Below are positions 26,415-36,293 of a stretch of 64,000 bases of DNA, piece by piece. This DNA comes from Patescibacteria group bacterium. GTDB lineage: Bacteria > Patescibacteriota > Minisyncoccia > UBA6257 > 2-01-FULL-56-20. The notes beneath the pieces were generated by a model. It did no database searches. It was given only the letters and a program-made list of their open reading frames with translations, and had not been told where the DNA came from. Numbering within the stretch: position 1 is the stretch's first letter; the number at the start of each line of letters is the position of its first letter. Location of the stretch: positions 128,172 to 192,171 of the forward strand of contig JANLHI010000032.1 of assembly GCA_024654525.1 (NCBI GenBank), written 5' to 3'. A program made the position numbers and the translations under genes.

Positions 26415-27881
26415 TTACCCGCCGAGTATCGCGTGTCGGGCTTCCTTGAGCAATGGTTCTTTAAGGAGGTAGAGCGCAAGTGCGTACACAATCCCTCCGA
26501 GCGCGATTATTCCGATTACATGCACGCCGATGAAAGCGAAGAGAAGAGTGATTGCCGTCATCGCGAGTGTGGATACGATTGCGATGGGCAGGTAAGTGAA
26601 TACCGCGAAAGGAACATGGGTGCGGAGCGTGCCCCAAAGGTACGCGGTACTTGCTATTTGTGCAATGAAGGTTGCCCACGCGCATCCGGCGATGCCGAAT
26701 TGCGGGATGAGGAGGAGATTCAGTGCTACGTTCGAGAGCCCGCCGATCGTGGCATATACGGTAAGCGCTTTCGAGCGGTGATAGGCGAAAAGTGCGTTTG
26801 AGAGAATCACCACGGGGAAATCAACAATGAGCGTGAGGAGAAGAATCCGGAACGCATCGGTGCCGGGGAGGAACTCCGTGCCGAAAAGAAAAGAAATAAT
26901 ATGAGGCGCGAGGACAATGCCGCCCGCGGCGAGCGGAAGTGCGATGAGAAATATGGCGGTAAGCGTTTTCTCAAGTGCGGCTTTCATAAGTGGCGGCGCG
27001 GTTGTAGCAAGACGTGAAAACGCAGGAAATGCGCTTACCGCGAGAATGGAGGGGATGATATAGAGGAGTTGTACGATGCGGTACACTGCCGAATAAAATC
27101 CGACATCTTCCGCCGAGCGGAGCCAGCCTACCATAAGTACGTCGGTGTTGAGCATAAGGAGCCCGAGGAGCGCCGCAAGCGACAGCGGCCACGCGGAAGA
27201 AAAGATGGGCTTTACGAGCTCGGGGGCGAATTGGGAAAAGAATCGGGGCGGGAACTGGCGACGGAGCGCAAAAAATGTTGCGACGGTGCCCGCGGCGATG
27301 CCAAGCGCGTAGGCATACGTGAATGACGCGGGAGTGGGAACGACGGCGAGGAATACGAATCCGAATATGACTATCGCGGTGTTGGTGAGGAGAAAAAGCC
27401 CCGCTTCCCATTCCATCCGTTCCATTGCGCGGATGACGGAGGCGCCGAACTCTCGGAGTGCGTCGAATGCAAGGAGAAATGCAATGATGGGTAGGAGTGG
27501 CTTCGCCGCCGCGATGGTGGTAAAGAGCGGCGCGCCGAAAAGTACAATGGCGACTCCTGCCACGATAAGAACGAATTTAAGGAAAAGTGTAGTGGAGAGG
27601 ATGCGTGCGCGATGCACAGGGTCTGGGTTTTTTGCGGTTTCACGGATGAGTACCTGGCTTATGCCCACGTCGGTAAATGGCGTGAGAAAGGCGGCGAGCG
27701 TTACGCCGTAAGAAAACACTCCCCATCCCTCGGCGCCCAAGAGGCGCGCGGCATAAATAATAACCACGGCGCGGATGAGGCGTCCTCCGAAGTTTGAAAC
27801 GGAAAGCCAGAATGTGTTTTTTGCAATGCGCTGGCGCGTGGAGGCGTTTTTAAAGAGGAAAGACTTTACCCGTGCAAGCAT
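26415..27881 (-). CDS. wzx: oligosaccharide flippase (Wzx / polysaccharide biosynthesis protein family)
   Basis: 488 aa with ~12-14 hydrophobic segments. The N-terminal NTFWLSVSNFGGRLIRAVVIIYAARLLGAEGWGVFSY is typical of the PF01943 family. The GC-rich gene body produces many spurious overlapping ORFs on both strands. Confidence 0.65.
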   Translation of the reverse strand: MLARVKSFLFKNASTRQRIAKNTFWLSVSNFGGRLIRAVVIIYAARLLGAEGWGVFSYGVTLAAFLTPFTDVGISQVLIRETAKNPDPVHRARILSTTLFLKFVLIVAGVAIVLFGAPLFTTIAAAKPLLPIIAFLLAFDALREFGASVIRAMERMEWEAGLFLLTNTAIVIFGFVFLAVVPTPASFTYAYALGIAAGTVATFFALRRQFPPRFFSQFAPELVKPIFSSAWPLSLAALLGLLMLNTDVLMVGWLRSAEDVGFYSAVYRIVQLLYIIPSILAVSAFPAFSRLATTAPPLMKAALEKTLTAIFLIALPLAAGGIVLAPHIISFLFGTEFLPGTDAFRILLLTLIVDFPVVILSNALFAYHRSKALTVYATIGGLSNVALNLLLIPQFGIAGCAWATFIAQIASTAYLWGTLRTHVPFAVFTYLPIAIVSTLAMTAITLLFAFIGVHVIGIIALGGIVYALALYLLKEPLLKEARHAILGG

Positions 27882-27912
27882 TTAGGGTATATTTTAGCGC
27901 ATATAACATGCC

Positions 27913-28371
27913 ATGGCGAACACTCTCAAAAGTAAAAAAATAGTTGCGGTAAGTGGAGGATTCGATCCTATTCATGTGGGGCACGTTCGTCTTTTTGAAG
28001 AAGCGAAAAAATTAGGGGATTATTTGGTGGTGATTTTGAACAATGACAATTGGCTTCGGAAAAAGAAAATCCATATTTTCATGTCCGAAAAGGAACGCGC
28101 CGAAATTATTTCCGGACTTCGCGTAGTGGATGAGGTGGTACTTACCGAACATCCGGAAAATCCGGAGGATGCAAGTGTGTGCGATGCGTTGCGGAAAATC
28201 CGCCCTCATATATTTGCAAATGGGGGAGACAGGACCCATAGTAATATTCCCGAGGTTTCGGTGTGTGAGGAAATCGGGTGCGAGATGATATTCAACGTGG
28301 GTCCGGGTGGGAAGGTGCAATCGAGTTCGTGGTTGCTTTCCGATTATGTGAAGAAAACTACGCAGGAGTAG
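27913..28371 (+). CDS. cytidylyltransferase-fold nucleotidyltransferase (RfaE domain II / TagD-like)
   Basis: KKIVAVSGGFDPIHVGHVRLFEEAKKLGDYLVVILNND is the H-x-G-H nucleotidyltransferase motif. 152 aa. Confidence 0.5.
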   Translation: MANTLKSKKIVAVSGGFDPIHVGHVRLFEEAKKLGDYLVVILNNDNWLRKKKIHIFMSEKERAEIISGLRVVDEVVLTEHPENPEDASVCDALRKIRPHIFANGGDRTHSNIPEVSVCEEIGCEMIFNVGPGGKVQSSSWLLSDYVKKTTQE

Positions 28372-28384
28372 ATAACACGCGAAA

Positions 28385-28420
28385 TAAAAAAAACACCGCG
28401 GGGTGTGCGGTGTTTTTTTA
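28385..28420. terminator. bidirectional rho-independent terminator
   Basis: aaaaaaaaacaccgcggggtgtgcggtgttttttt: 7-bp stem acaccgc/gcggtgt with an A-run upstream and a T-run downstream. Lies between convergent genes. Confidence 0.6.
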
Positions 28421-28426
28421 TAGCGA

Positions 28427-29344
28427 TTATAATTCCCGTATTGTGCGTTCTATTCCTTCACGAAGAGTGATCGCCGGTTTCCAACCGAGGATTTTTTTGG
28501 CGCGTGACGCATCAAGCGCGATCTGGTACACCTCGCCTTTGCGGTAGGGAGCGTAGTTCGGTTTCTTTTCAAACCCCGTTGCACGCGCAACTTCGGCGAA
28601 AATCATATTGTCGGATATTTTCTTGCCCCAGCCGAGGTTTACGGTAATATTCGTGCCTTTGCGGAGGGCGATAACGTTTGCGTCCGCGAGGTCGCCTACA
28701 TAGGTATAATCGCGGCATTTTGTGCCGTCACCGAAAATAACAGGGGATTCCCCTCCCTTCATAAGTCCTCCGAATATCGCAATGACTCCCGCTTCTCCTT
28801 TCGGGTTTTGGCGGGGACCATATACATTCGGATAGCGGAAAATAAGGTAGGTAAGCCCGTATTGACGCGCATAGAATTTGATAAGTTCTTCGCCGAGTGA
28901 TTTTGACAATCCGTATGGCGAAAGGGGGACGGATGCCGTCGATTCATCCGCGGGAATCTTTTTTGGTTCGCCATAGATTGCGCCTCCCGTGGAGGAGAAA
29001 ATAAATTTCTTTTTCCCCTTCCCATATTCTCCAAAAGCGAGAAGTACATTTGTCGTGCCGAGTACGTTTACCTCAAGCGTGGGAATCGGGTTGCGGAGCG
29101 ACTTTACCACTTCCGCGATTGCGGCGTGATGGTTCACCACTTCCGGCTTCTCGCGCGCAAAAATCTTTTTCATCCGCGCAAGGTCGCGGATGTCGGCTTC
29201 ATAAAACGTCGCTTTTTTGGGGACGTTGCGGCGGAATCCGGTGGCGAGATTGTCTATTATTGCCACGCGGTGCCCTTTCGCGATGTAGGCATCGGCAACG
29301 TGGCTTGCAATAAATCCCGCCCCTCCTGTGATGATTATTTTCAT
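28427..29344 (-). CDS. NAD-dependent sugar epimerase (UDP-glucose 4-epimerase/GalE-like)
   Basis: MKIIITGGAGFIASHVAD Rossmann motif and SPYGLSKSLGE, the Y-x3-K pair. 305 aa. Confidence 0.65.
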   Translation of the reverse strand: MKIIITGGAGFIASHVADAYIAKGHRVAIIDNLATGFRRNVPKKATFYEADIRDLARMKKIFAREKPEVVNHHAAIAEVVKSLRNPIPTLEVNVLGTTNVLLAFGEYGKGKKKFIFSSTGGAIYGEPKKIPADESTASVPLSPYGLSKSLGEELIKFYARQYGLTYLIFRYPNVYGPRQNPKGEAGVIAIFGGLMKGGESPVIFGDGTKCRDYTYVGDLADANVIALRKGTNITVNLGWGKKISDNMIFAEVARATGFEKKPNYAPYRKGEVYQIALDASRAKKILGWKPAITLREGIERTIREL

Positions 29345-29365
29345 AATGTTATGTTTTTTTCTGCA

Positions 29366-30718
29366 TCATTTTGGTGTGACGAACAACGTTTTGAAAGTTT
29401 TGAGTATGATCACCACATCGAGAAGGAATGATCTATTTTTTATATAGTATATATCATACTGTAATTTTTCCACGACATCTTCCTCATTCGTATCGCTTCC
29501 GTGGTGAATTTGTGCCCATCCCGTGATGCCGGGTTTTATGAGTAGGCGCGCTTCATAATATGGAATTTTTTCTTTGAGTATTTGCACAAATTCTGGACGT
29601 TCGGGTCTCGGGCCCACGAAGGATATCTCTCCTCTCAATACGTTCCAAAGTTGCGGCATTTCATCAAGGTGCATGAGACGAATTATTTTTCCAAAGGGAG
29701 TTATGCGAGCATCATTTGACGTTGCCCATTGAGCGCCTTGTGTCTCTGCCTGTCCGTCTGGAGAGAGTGCCACCATACTTCTAAACTTAACGAGGATGAA
29801 TTCTTTGCCGAGCTTCCCAATTCTTTTTTGACGTATCAGTATGGGGCCTCGCGATGTTGTCGCGATGATGCATGCGATGAGTATTCCAAGCGGAAGAAGA
29901 ATAATACTTAGTAATAATGCCGCGCAAAATTCTACACCTTGCCGAAAAGAAGCATATGCGTGATGTGTTGCCGTAATATTGTCGAGTACCCATCGTTCCT
30001 CGATGTCTCGAATGGGTATTTTCTTCATAAGAAGCTCGTAGAAAGAGGGGAGATCTTGAATTTCTATCGTGGTATTTATAACTCCATAAAGCTCTTTCGC
30101 AAAAATTTGAGAATGTTTCAAATTGGTATCGATTATTATTAAATTTGCGTGATGATGCAATATTGTTTCGCGAAGGTTCCCTTGCGCAGAGAATCGGGAT
30201 TCGGGATCGGGTATCCATTCCGCAATGCGATAACCGAGTTGGGGGTTGCGTCCTATATATTCGTGGAGCTCTGTCGCGCTTCTTCCCGTGCCGATAAGTA
30301 TCACGGTGTTTGGAGCGGTTCCCATTATTGCCAGCGCGTTCCATGTGCGTCTCCAAATAAGTTCCAATATTGTAAAGAATACCAGTACCAATAGAAGATT
30401 TGTTTTGGGAGCGATTTCAAAAAACGGAATAAGATAGAAAAGGGCAATTGCAACTATCGCGTTTGTGACAAGCGCGAAGCCAAGTGTCTTAAAAAATTCT
30501 ACACTGTTGCGCAGTTTACGAATATCATAAAGACCTGCGATATAAAAAATCAATATCCATGTTGCGAATATGATAGAGAAGGGGACTGCTTGTCGATTGG
30601 AGAGTTCTTGCGAAAAAAATTCTCCGTAGCGAATGATGAGTGTAATCACCAAGCTCACATAGAGAGTCGCAAGGTCTCCAATTGGAAGTAATAGCGTTTT
30701 TATATGGTTTGCCGACAT
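29366..30718 (-). CDS. polyprenyl-phosphate hexose-1-phosphate transferase (bacterial sugar transferase, WbaP/WcaJ-like initiating enzyme)
   Basis: N-terminal TM segments plus the C-terminal catalytic domain ...ILVKFRSMVALSPDGQ...ARITPFGKIIRLMHLDEMPQLWNVLRGEISFVGPRPERPEF (PF02397 signature). Start at ATG 30718 (MSANHIK). Confidence 0.75.
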   Translation of the reverse strand: MSANHIKTLLLPIGDLATLYVSLVITLIIRYGEFFSQELSNRQAVPFSIIFATWILIFYIAGLYDIRKLRNSVEFFKTLGFALVTNAIVAIALFYLIPFFEIAPKTNLLLVLVFFTILELIWRRTWNALAIMGTAPNTVILIGTGRSATELHEYIGRNPQLGYRIAEWIPDPESRFSAQGNLRETILHHHANLIIIDTNLKHSQIFAKELYGVINTTIEIQDLPSFYELLMKKIPIRDIEERWVLDNITATHHAYASFRQGVEFCAALLLSIILLPLGILIACIIATTSRGPILIRQKRIGKLGKEFILVKFRSMVALSPDGQAETQGAQWATSNDARITPFGKIIRLMHLDEMPQLWNVLRGEISFVGPRPERPEFVQILKEKIPYYEARLLIKPGITGWAQIHHGSDTNEEDVVEKLQYDIYYIKNRSFLLDVVIILKTFKTLFVTPK

Positions 30719-30737
30719 TTGGAGTGGTGGGGAAATC

Positions 30738-31508
30738 CTACGAGCGTTTTGGACGCACGTCAATGGATTTTTTTGTATAGGGTTTTTTAAAGAACGTAAT
30801 CCAAAAATAATTCATCGTATATCGGATGCCTACTTTTACAATTCCTTCGTGTGTAAGACGACGTCCAGAGCTTTTGGCGCGGAGAAATGGTGTGAATTTT
30901 ACCTTCCCAATTTTACTTAAGCGATGCGCGGTATCGGTATCATCACCATAAAAAGAAATTGCGGTATTATAGCCGCCGATTGTGGTAAGGGCGGCACGAC
31001 GGGCAATAAAATTTCCACCGAACGTCATTGATCCTCCTCCGAAAATATGACGGTTGGTAAAATATACTACAAACGCCAGTGTGTAAAATGCGTAAACAAG
31101 TATGCGTGCATGAAAAGGAAGGTCATAATAAGCGTAGGGGCCGGAAAGTGCCACAAGCCGCGGATTTTTTTTAAATTCCCGAATTACTTTGGTGAGCCAT
31201 CCTTTTGAAATCATGGTGTCGGCATCGATATTCGCAATGAATGTGCCGTGTGCGTGAGTAAATCCGGTATGGCGCGCATATCCCGTTCCTTTGCGGGGCT
31301 CGTCGATTACAAGCGCGCCGGCATTTTTTGCTACAGACCTTGTGGTATCGGTTGATGCATTGTTTATCACGATGATTTCTGCGGAAATAGGCGAGCGCGC
31401 AAGCTCTGCTTTAATTGATTCGATACAGTCACTGATCCCGCTTTCTTCATTGTGAGCGGGGATTATGAAGCTTATTGTCACTTCTTTTTTTCTTTGAGTA
31501 TTTGGCAT
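30738..31508 (-). CDS. glycosyltransferase family 2
   Basis: VTISFIIPAHNEESGISDCIESI...IIVINNASTDTT...DAD is the GT-A signature. Start at ATG 31508 avoids overlap with the upstream gene. Confidence 0.65.
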   Translation of the reverse strand: MPNTQRKKEVTISFIIPAHNEESGISDCIESIKAELARSPISAEIIVINNASTDTTRSVAKNAGALVIDEPRKGTGYARHTGFTHAHGTFIANIDADTMISKGWLTKVIREFKKNPRLVALSGPYAYYDLPFHARILVYAFYTLAFVVYFTNRHIFGGGSMTFGGNFIARRAALTTIGGYNTAISFYGDDTDTAHRLSKIGKVKFTPFLRAKSSGRRLTHEGIVKVGIRYTMNYFWITFFKKPYTKKSIDVRPKRS

Positions 31509-31516
31509 TAGTAATG

Positions 31517-32236
31517 CTAGCGTATTTCTTCCCACTCTTTATCGGCGGGTTTTTTCCGTATCCAAAACGAAATAATGTTTTTCATCCATCGGAAAACCGT
31601 GTTCCATGCGCCAAGTTGGTGAAAGCGGCGTCCGGGGTGATATACGACAAGATCCCATGCAATGCGGGTGTGTCCTTGTTTTGCAAGACGCTGAAAAAGT
31701 TCAATGTCTTCCGCGGCGAAGAGTTGTTCGTTGAAACCTCCCGTTTCCCGAAATATGTTTGTGCGAATCATCTGGAATTTTCCCGCTGCCGCTCCTATGC
31801 CGACTATGTTATTGAGGGTAAGAAAATAAAGATTCGTTACTATGAGTATGAACCAGTCGCTCCATGTGCGGACGCGTGGATCAATTTCAATACGTCCCGA
31901 GATTCCCGCAAGTCGAAGATCGGCGTTGAAACGGGCGAGTGCGCGAGTGAAAAATGCTTGCGGGTTGGGAATATACGTCTCGCTGTCGAGAAATACGAGG
32001 AATTCTCCGCGTGCTTCGCGTGCGCCGTTATTTCTCCCTTTTGATACGGATGCTTTTTCGTCGGGAGATAGTACGAGTACTTTGTCCGCGCATTCTTTTG
32101 CGATTGCTACCGTGTTGTCCGTGCTTAATGTGTCGGATACGATTATTTCATGGGGGAGTGTAAGGTTTTTGAACTGAACAACGGTTTCTCGAATCCCTTT
32201 CTCCTCGTTACGCGTGGGAATGATAATGGATATCAT
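31517..32236 (-). CDS. glycosyltransferase family 2
   Basis: MISIIIPTRNEEKGIRETV...IIVSDTLSTDNT...LDSE is the GT-A signature. Confidence 0.7.
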   Translation of the reverse strand: MISIIIPTRNEEKGIRETVVQFKNLTLPHEIIVSDTLSTDNTVAIAKECADKVLVLSPDEKASVSKGRNNGAREARGEFLVFLDSETYIPNPQAFFTRALARFNADLRLAGISGRIEIDPRVRTWSDWFILIVTNLYFLTLNNIVGIGAAAGKFQMIRTNIFRETGGFNEQLFAAEDIELFQRLAKQGHTRIAWDLVVYHPGRRFHQLGAWNTVFRWMKNIISFWIRKKPADKEWEEIR

Positions 32237-32242
32237 AGTATG

Positions 32243-32860
32243 TCAGATGTCTTTGAATCGTTGACGTATCGCTTTCGTGATGCCATATGCAACAAGAAGA
32301 AGCGTGAGTGTTACGCCGACGAGGAATCCCCACTGTAGACTTGTATCAATCAGTGTGTAGAGGTGTCCGAAAAAATAACCAACTCCCATAAGAAAGCCAA
32401 TCCATACAAATCCTCCCAGCGTGTTGATTGTCATGTATTTATAAAATGGAACTCGTGCGGCTCCTGCGGCAATAAGTGTGGCGATTGCAAATCCGAAGCC
32501 AGTAGTAATCTTTGAAATGAATAAGATTTTAATTTGATGGCGATGAAAGAAGCGCTCTGCGTGTGCCACTTTTTCTTGAGTAATGCTCATCCAATGTCCA
32601 TATTTCGCAATAAGTTTTCGTGCTCCGCGATGCCCCACCCAATACCATACAACATCTCCGGTGAGGTCTCCCGCAAGGATAAGGAAATAGAGAGGCCAAA
32701 ACGTAAATGTTCCGAGTTTCAAAAGAAATCCGGCGATGAGTACTACGGGAGGTCCAAAACCAACGGTGAGGGGATATACAATCGCATATTTATAGGCAAG
32801 AAGCCATGATGCAATAAGAGAATCTGCTGGCATAGATGTGGAAGAATCCGCTTTTTTCAA
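32243..32860 (-). CDS. DedA/VTT-domain family membrane protein
   Basis: KILFISKITTGFGFAIATLIAAGAARVPFYKYMTINTLGG matches the DedA conserved region ([F/Y]xxx[R/K] ... G-rich re-entrant loops). Confidence 0.6.
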   Translation of the reverse strand: MKKADSSTSMPADSLIASWLLAYKYAIVYPLTVGFGPPVVLIAGFLLKLGTFTFWPLYFLILAGDLTGDVVWYWVGHRGARKLIAKYGHWMSITQEKVAHAERFFHRHQIKILFISKITTGFGFAIATLIAAGAARVPFYKYMTINTLGGFVWIGFLMGVGYFFGHLYTLIDTSLQWGFLVGVTLTLLLVAYGITKAIRQRFKDI

Positions 32861-32925
32861 TATTACTCTTTATATGTGAGAGAAGCGAGAGGGGGAAATG
32901 GTATACTTTTTGCACACACTGATTT

Positions 32926-33591
32926 ATGAAACAGTTTTTCTTGAGACATAGAAGTTTTTGGCATCAAGACCGACGGCGTTCTCTGTATTTAGGACTCTTC
33001 CTCTTGGCGGTGAGTCTCATGCTTCATGTTCAATCGGGGCATTACTCCGCGCGTTCCGCGGCACTTTCCAATTCCGTAGGGGATATTTTTTTGGATAATA
33101 TTCCTCCTCTTGATATTGATTTCTTAGTAGTGCAGGGCGCACTGTTGTTTTGGGTGATTGTTTTTTCGCTACTTTTTACGCGGCCGCAGTATCTTTTGTT
33201 TGGGATAAAGGCAATTGCGTTGTTTATCATATTCCGTTCTTTTTTTGTGAGCCTTACTCATATCGGCGTATATCCCGGGCAGATTCCGCTTGATACCGGA
33301 ATAGGGTCGCGATTTTATAACCTCCTCACGTTCCAAGGGAATTTCTTTTTCTCGGGGCATACCGGGCTTCCGTTTCTTCTTGCATTGGTTTTTTGGAATG
33401 AACGTCCGTGGAAAATATTTTTCCTCATTGCAACCGTAGTGTTCGGTGCTTCCGTATTAATTGCGCATGTGCATTATTCGATTGATGTATTTTCTGCGCC
33501 GTTAATCACCTATGCGATTTTTATAATAGGGAAGAGCTTTTTTCCGCGTGACTATGCGTTGATTGATTCGGCGACATTCATGCGGCGTTAG
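32926..33591 (+). CDS. PAP2-like membrane phosphatase (possible polyprenyl-diphosphate phosphatase)
   Basis: Polytopic membrane protein with FSGHTGLPF (PSGH-like motif 2) and SVLIAHVHYSIDV (SRxxxxxHxxxD-like motif 3). Motif 1 is not clear. Confidence 0.4.
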   Translation: MKQFFLRHRSFWHQDRRRSLYLGLFLLAVSLMLHVQSGHYSARSAALSNSVGDIFLDNIPPLDIDFLVVQGALLFWVIVFSLLFTRPQYLLFGIKAIALFIIFRSFFVSLTHIGVYPGQIPLDTGIGSRFYNLLTFQGNFFFSGHTGLPFLLALVFWNERPWKIFFLIATVVFGASVLIAHVHYSIDVFSAPLITYAIFIIGKSFFPRDYALIDSATFMRR

Positions 33592-33643
33592 GTTTTTTGG
33601 AAAAGTTTGACAGGTACGATATGACGGCTAGACTGTAGGGTAT

Positions 33644-34351
33644 ATGAACGAACAATCTTCAGCTCCTTCACGGGATATTCTTGTGCCGATTAGTATTCTT
33701 GTCGCAGGAATTCTCATTGCGGGCTCGGTAATATATGTTGCGGGTCTCAATAATGCTCCTGTGGCACCGGTTACTACGCAGGGGGCGAACGCTTTCGCCG
33801 CAATCCTTACTCCTTTGCCGGATGATGCGGTGTTGGGAGATGAGGATGCTCCGGTGACGATGATTGAATATGGGGATTATCAATGCCCCTACTGCGGAGT
33901 TTTTTTTAACGATATTGAACCCAAGATTCGCGATGAATATGTAAAGACTGGCAAGGTGAAGCTTATATTCCGCAATTTTCAGTTTCTCGGGCCGGAATCG
34001 TATGCCGCAGGGGAAGCTGCGGAATGTGCTCGCGCACAGGGGAAGTTTTGGACGTATCACGATGCATTATATCGCGTGGAAATAGCGGACGAGCATGAAA
34101 ACAATGGGAATTTGACGCGAGATTTGTTTATGCGACTTGCGGAAGAGACCGGATTAGATAGTGTTTCGTTTGGCACCTGTATCGATTCCCATACCTACGC
34201 ATCATTAGTTGAAAGTGAAGTTGAGGGGGGGCGTGCCGTAGGAGTGAATGCCACGCCTACTTCCTTTGTGAATGGCACGTTGATTCGTGGTCTTGCGCAA
34301 AACGATACGCGCGTTATCGATGCAATCAATGCGGCACTCAAAGGTCAATAA
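33644..34351 (+). CDS. DsbA-family thiol:disulfide oxidoreductase (membrane-anchored)
   Basis: N-terminal TM helix, the CPYC active site and a thioredoxin-fold context (MIEYGDYQCPYCGVFF). Confidence 0.6.
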   Translation: MNEQSSAPSRDILVPISILVAGILIAGSVIYVAGLNNAPVAPVTTQGANAFAAILTPLPDDAVLGDEDAPVTMIEYGDYQCPYCGVFFNDIEPKIRDEYVKTGKVKLIFRNFQFLGPESYAAGEAAECARAQGKFWTYHDALYRVEIADEHENNGNLTRDLFMRLAEETGLDSVSFGTCIDSHTYASLVESEVEGGRAVGVNATPTSFVNGTLIRGLAQNDTRVIDAINAALKGQ

Positions 34352-34372
34352 TTTAAAGATTATTAATTATTT

Positions 34373-34609
34373 ATGTCCAACGTAACAATTTACACCACTC
34401 CATCCTGCATTTATTGCAAGATGGCAAAGGATTTTTTCACAAAAAATAATGTTTCGTATAAAGAGCTTAACGTGGCGGAAGACGAGAAGGGACGTGAAGA
34501 GATGATCTCAAAATCTCATCAGCTCGGTGTTCCGGTTATCGATGTTGACGGAGAGATTTTTGTGGGGTTTGATCGTGAGGGGCTCGCAAGAGCATTAAAG
34601 ATTCAGTAG
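34373..34609 (+). CDS. glutaredoxin/NrdH-like redoxin
   Basis: 78 aa with the VTIYTTPSCIYCKMAK CxxC motif and the glutaredoxin-fold ending GVPVIDVDGEIFVGFD. Confidence 0.6.
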   Translation: MSNVTIYTTPSCIYCKMAKDFFTKNNVSYKELNVAEDEKGREEMISKSHQLGVPVIDVDGEIFVGFDREGLARALKIQ

Positions 34610-34684
34610 AAATATAGTGAAGAAGTATGAAGTGGGAAGTATGAATTTTTATTTTTCATTTCCCACTTCGTGTTTTATTGCATC

Positions 34685-35605
34685 ATGTACGATCTTCTTA
34701 TAATTGGTGGCGGACCCGGCGGTGTTGCCGCAGGAATATACGCTGCAAGAAAAAAAATAAAGTCAGTGCTTATTACCGACTCGTTCGGTGGGCAATCGCT
34801 TGTTTCCGCGGATATCCAAAACTGGATAGGAACTAAATCGATATCGGGTTTTGATTTGGCAAAAATGTTTGAGGATCATCTTCGCGCGCAAGAAGATATC
34901 GATGTTATTGATGGTGATTTTATCACTGAAATAAAAGATAGTGGTGATGTGTTTACTGTGTCTACAAAAAAGGGAAACACGTTCGAGGGGCGGCGTCTTC
35001 TCATTACTTCTGGAAGTAGGAGAAGGAAGCTTGGCATTCCCGGGGAGAAAGAGTTTGATGGGAAGGGAGTCGTGTATTGTTCAACATGCGATGCGCCGGT
35101 GTTTAAAGGGAAGACGGTTGCGGTTATTGGTGGTGGTAATTCCGGTCTTGAGGCGACATTGGATTTGTTGCCGTACGCACAAAAAATTTATCTCTTGGGA
35201 AGGAGAGATCATCTAAAAGGGGATCCAGTAACGCTTGAACGTGTGCAAAAGAGCGAGAAAGTAACGATTCTCACCATGGTGGAGTCGCAGGAGATTCTCG
35301 GAGATTTGTTTGTAAAAGGGTTGAGATACATGGATAAGAGAACAAACGAAACAAAAGAGATTGCGCTTGAGGGTGTATTTGTTGAAGTCGGTGCCGTGCC
35401 GAATTCCGAGTTTGTAAAAGGACTGGTTGAAGTGAATGCATTCGGTGAAGTGGTAGTGGATCATAAAACACAACGCACGTCTCACCCGCGAATTTGGGCG
35501 GCGGGGGATGTGTCGGATGTACTCTATAAGCAAAATAATATTTCTGCGGGAGATGCGGTGAAAGCAGTACTGAATATTTATGAAGAATTACAGAAGCAGG
35601 TTTGA
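34685..35605 (+). CDS. trxB: thioredoxin-disulfide reductase
   Basis: YDLLIIGGGPGGVAAGIYAAR FAD GxGxxG motif, the CSTCD redox-active disulfide (CxxC) and the VAVIGGGNSGLEA NADPH site. Start at ATG 34685. Confidence 0.8.
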   Translation: MYDLLIIGGGPGGVAAGIYAARKKIKSVLITDSFGGQSLVSADIQNWIGTKSISGFDLAKMFEDHLRAQEDIDVIDGDFITEIKDSGDVFTVSTKKGNTFEGRRLLITSGSRRRKLGIPGEKEFDGKGVVYCSTCDAPVFKGKTVAVIGGGNSGLEATLDLLPYAQKIYLLGRRDHLKGDPVTLERVQKSEKVTILTMVESQEILGDLFVKGLRYMDKRTNETKEIALEGVFVEVGAVPNSEFVKGLVEVNAFGEVVVDHKTQRTSHPRIWAAGDVSDVLYKQNNISAGDAVKAVLNIYEELQKQV

Positions 35606-35832
35606 CTTTCCACTTAGGCGGGATAGAGCAGAAATATGGTTCTTATTACCATTGAAGAAAAAAATAGAACAGGCGGTGGAGCGCGCGGTATAACGCGCCT
35701 TGCGCGAAGTGCTGATTGACCCCGATAAGGGGCTCAAGGTGCGCTCCTTGTTCGGGAAAAACATCCGAACGTTGCGGAGAAATTGCGCGGCAAGGTCCGC
35801 GATTTTGACGAGGTCGTGCGCTCGCTCTAATT

Positions 35833-36252
35833 ATGGCATGTATGGTGGCTCTGGACTGGAAGTTTGCGTTTACTTCCGCAGGAGAGCGGGACTTGCGGGC
35901 GCTCGATGTACCCATACGAAAAAGAGTTGTGGAGAAACTGGAATGGTTTCGCGATAATTTTTCTTTGGTTATACTTGAGTCCCTTGGCAGTGAGTGGCGC
36001 GGCTATTTCAAGTTACGGGTAGGGGATTGACGGGTGGTGTACGACGTTGATTATGAGCTTTACGCCGTCACGGTTCATCGGATTCAACTTCGTGATAAGG
36101 CGTATAAAAAACAAAGATGGGAGCTCGCACGATTTGCGTTCTTCTTTGCAAAATGGTATAATTTCGCCACGTTCTTTGAAAGTTTACATCGCGGTGAAAA
36201 CCAAGTAGCAGCGAGCTTTGAAAGAACGCCCGCGTCGAGTCCACATTTTTGA
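35833..36252 (+). pseudogene. RelE/ParE-family toxin gene disrupted by in-frame TGA (W/Y codon to stop), with degenerate upstream antitoxin remnants
   Basis: ORF 35833..36030 ends ...EWRGYFKLRVGD, then TGA, then the same frame continues RVVYDVDYELYAVTVHRIQLRDKAY. This is the conserved RelE/ParE C-terminal core (rlRvGdYRviY...hRkdiY) with a stop at the conserved aromatic position. The upstream antitoxin is only readable as pieces in three frames (35636..35830). Confidence 0.55.
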
Positions 36253-36293
36253 ATGGCGGATAGGACGTACATCGAAAGAGAGGAGCTGTCAGT

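Noticed and set aside
26433-27797. Numerous 60-146 aa ORFs on both strands within 26.4-27.9 kb
   Set aside because: All overlap the 488-aa minus-strand Wzx flippase, which has a coherent multi-TM architecture. They are the GC-richness artefact.
36028-36030. In-frame TGA in the RelE-like gene as evidence for an alternative genetic code (UGA=Trp/Gly)
   Set aside because: Many well-supported genes here terminate with TGA, for example the GT4 gene at 4222-4224 and the FkbM gene at 2881-2883, and their reading frames end where homologs end. TGA is therefore a stop, and the RelE-like interruption is a nonsense mutation.
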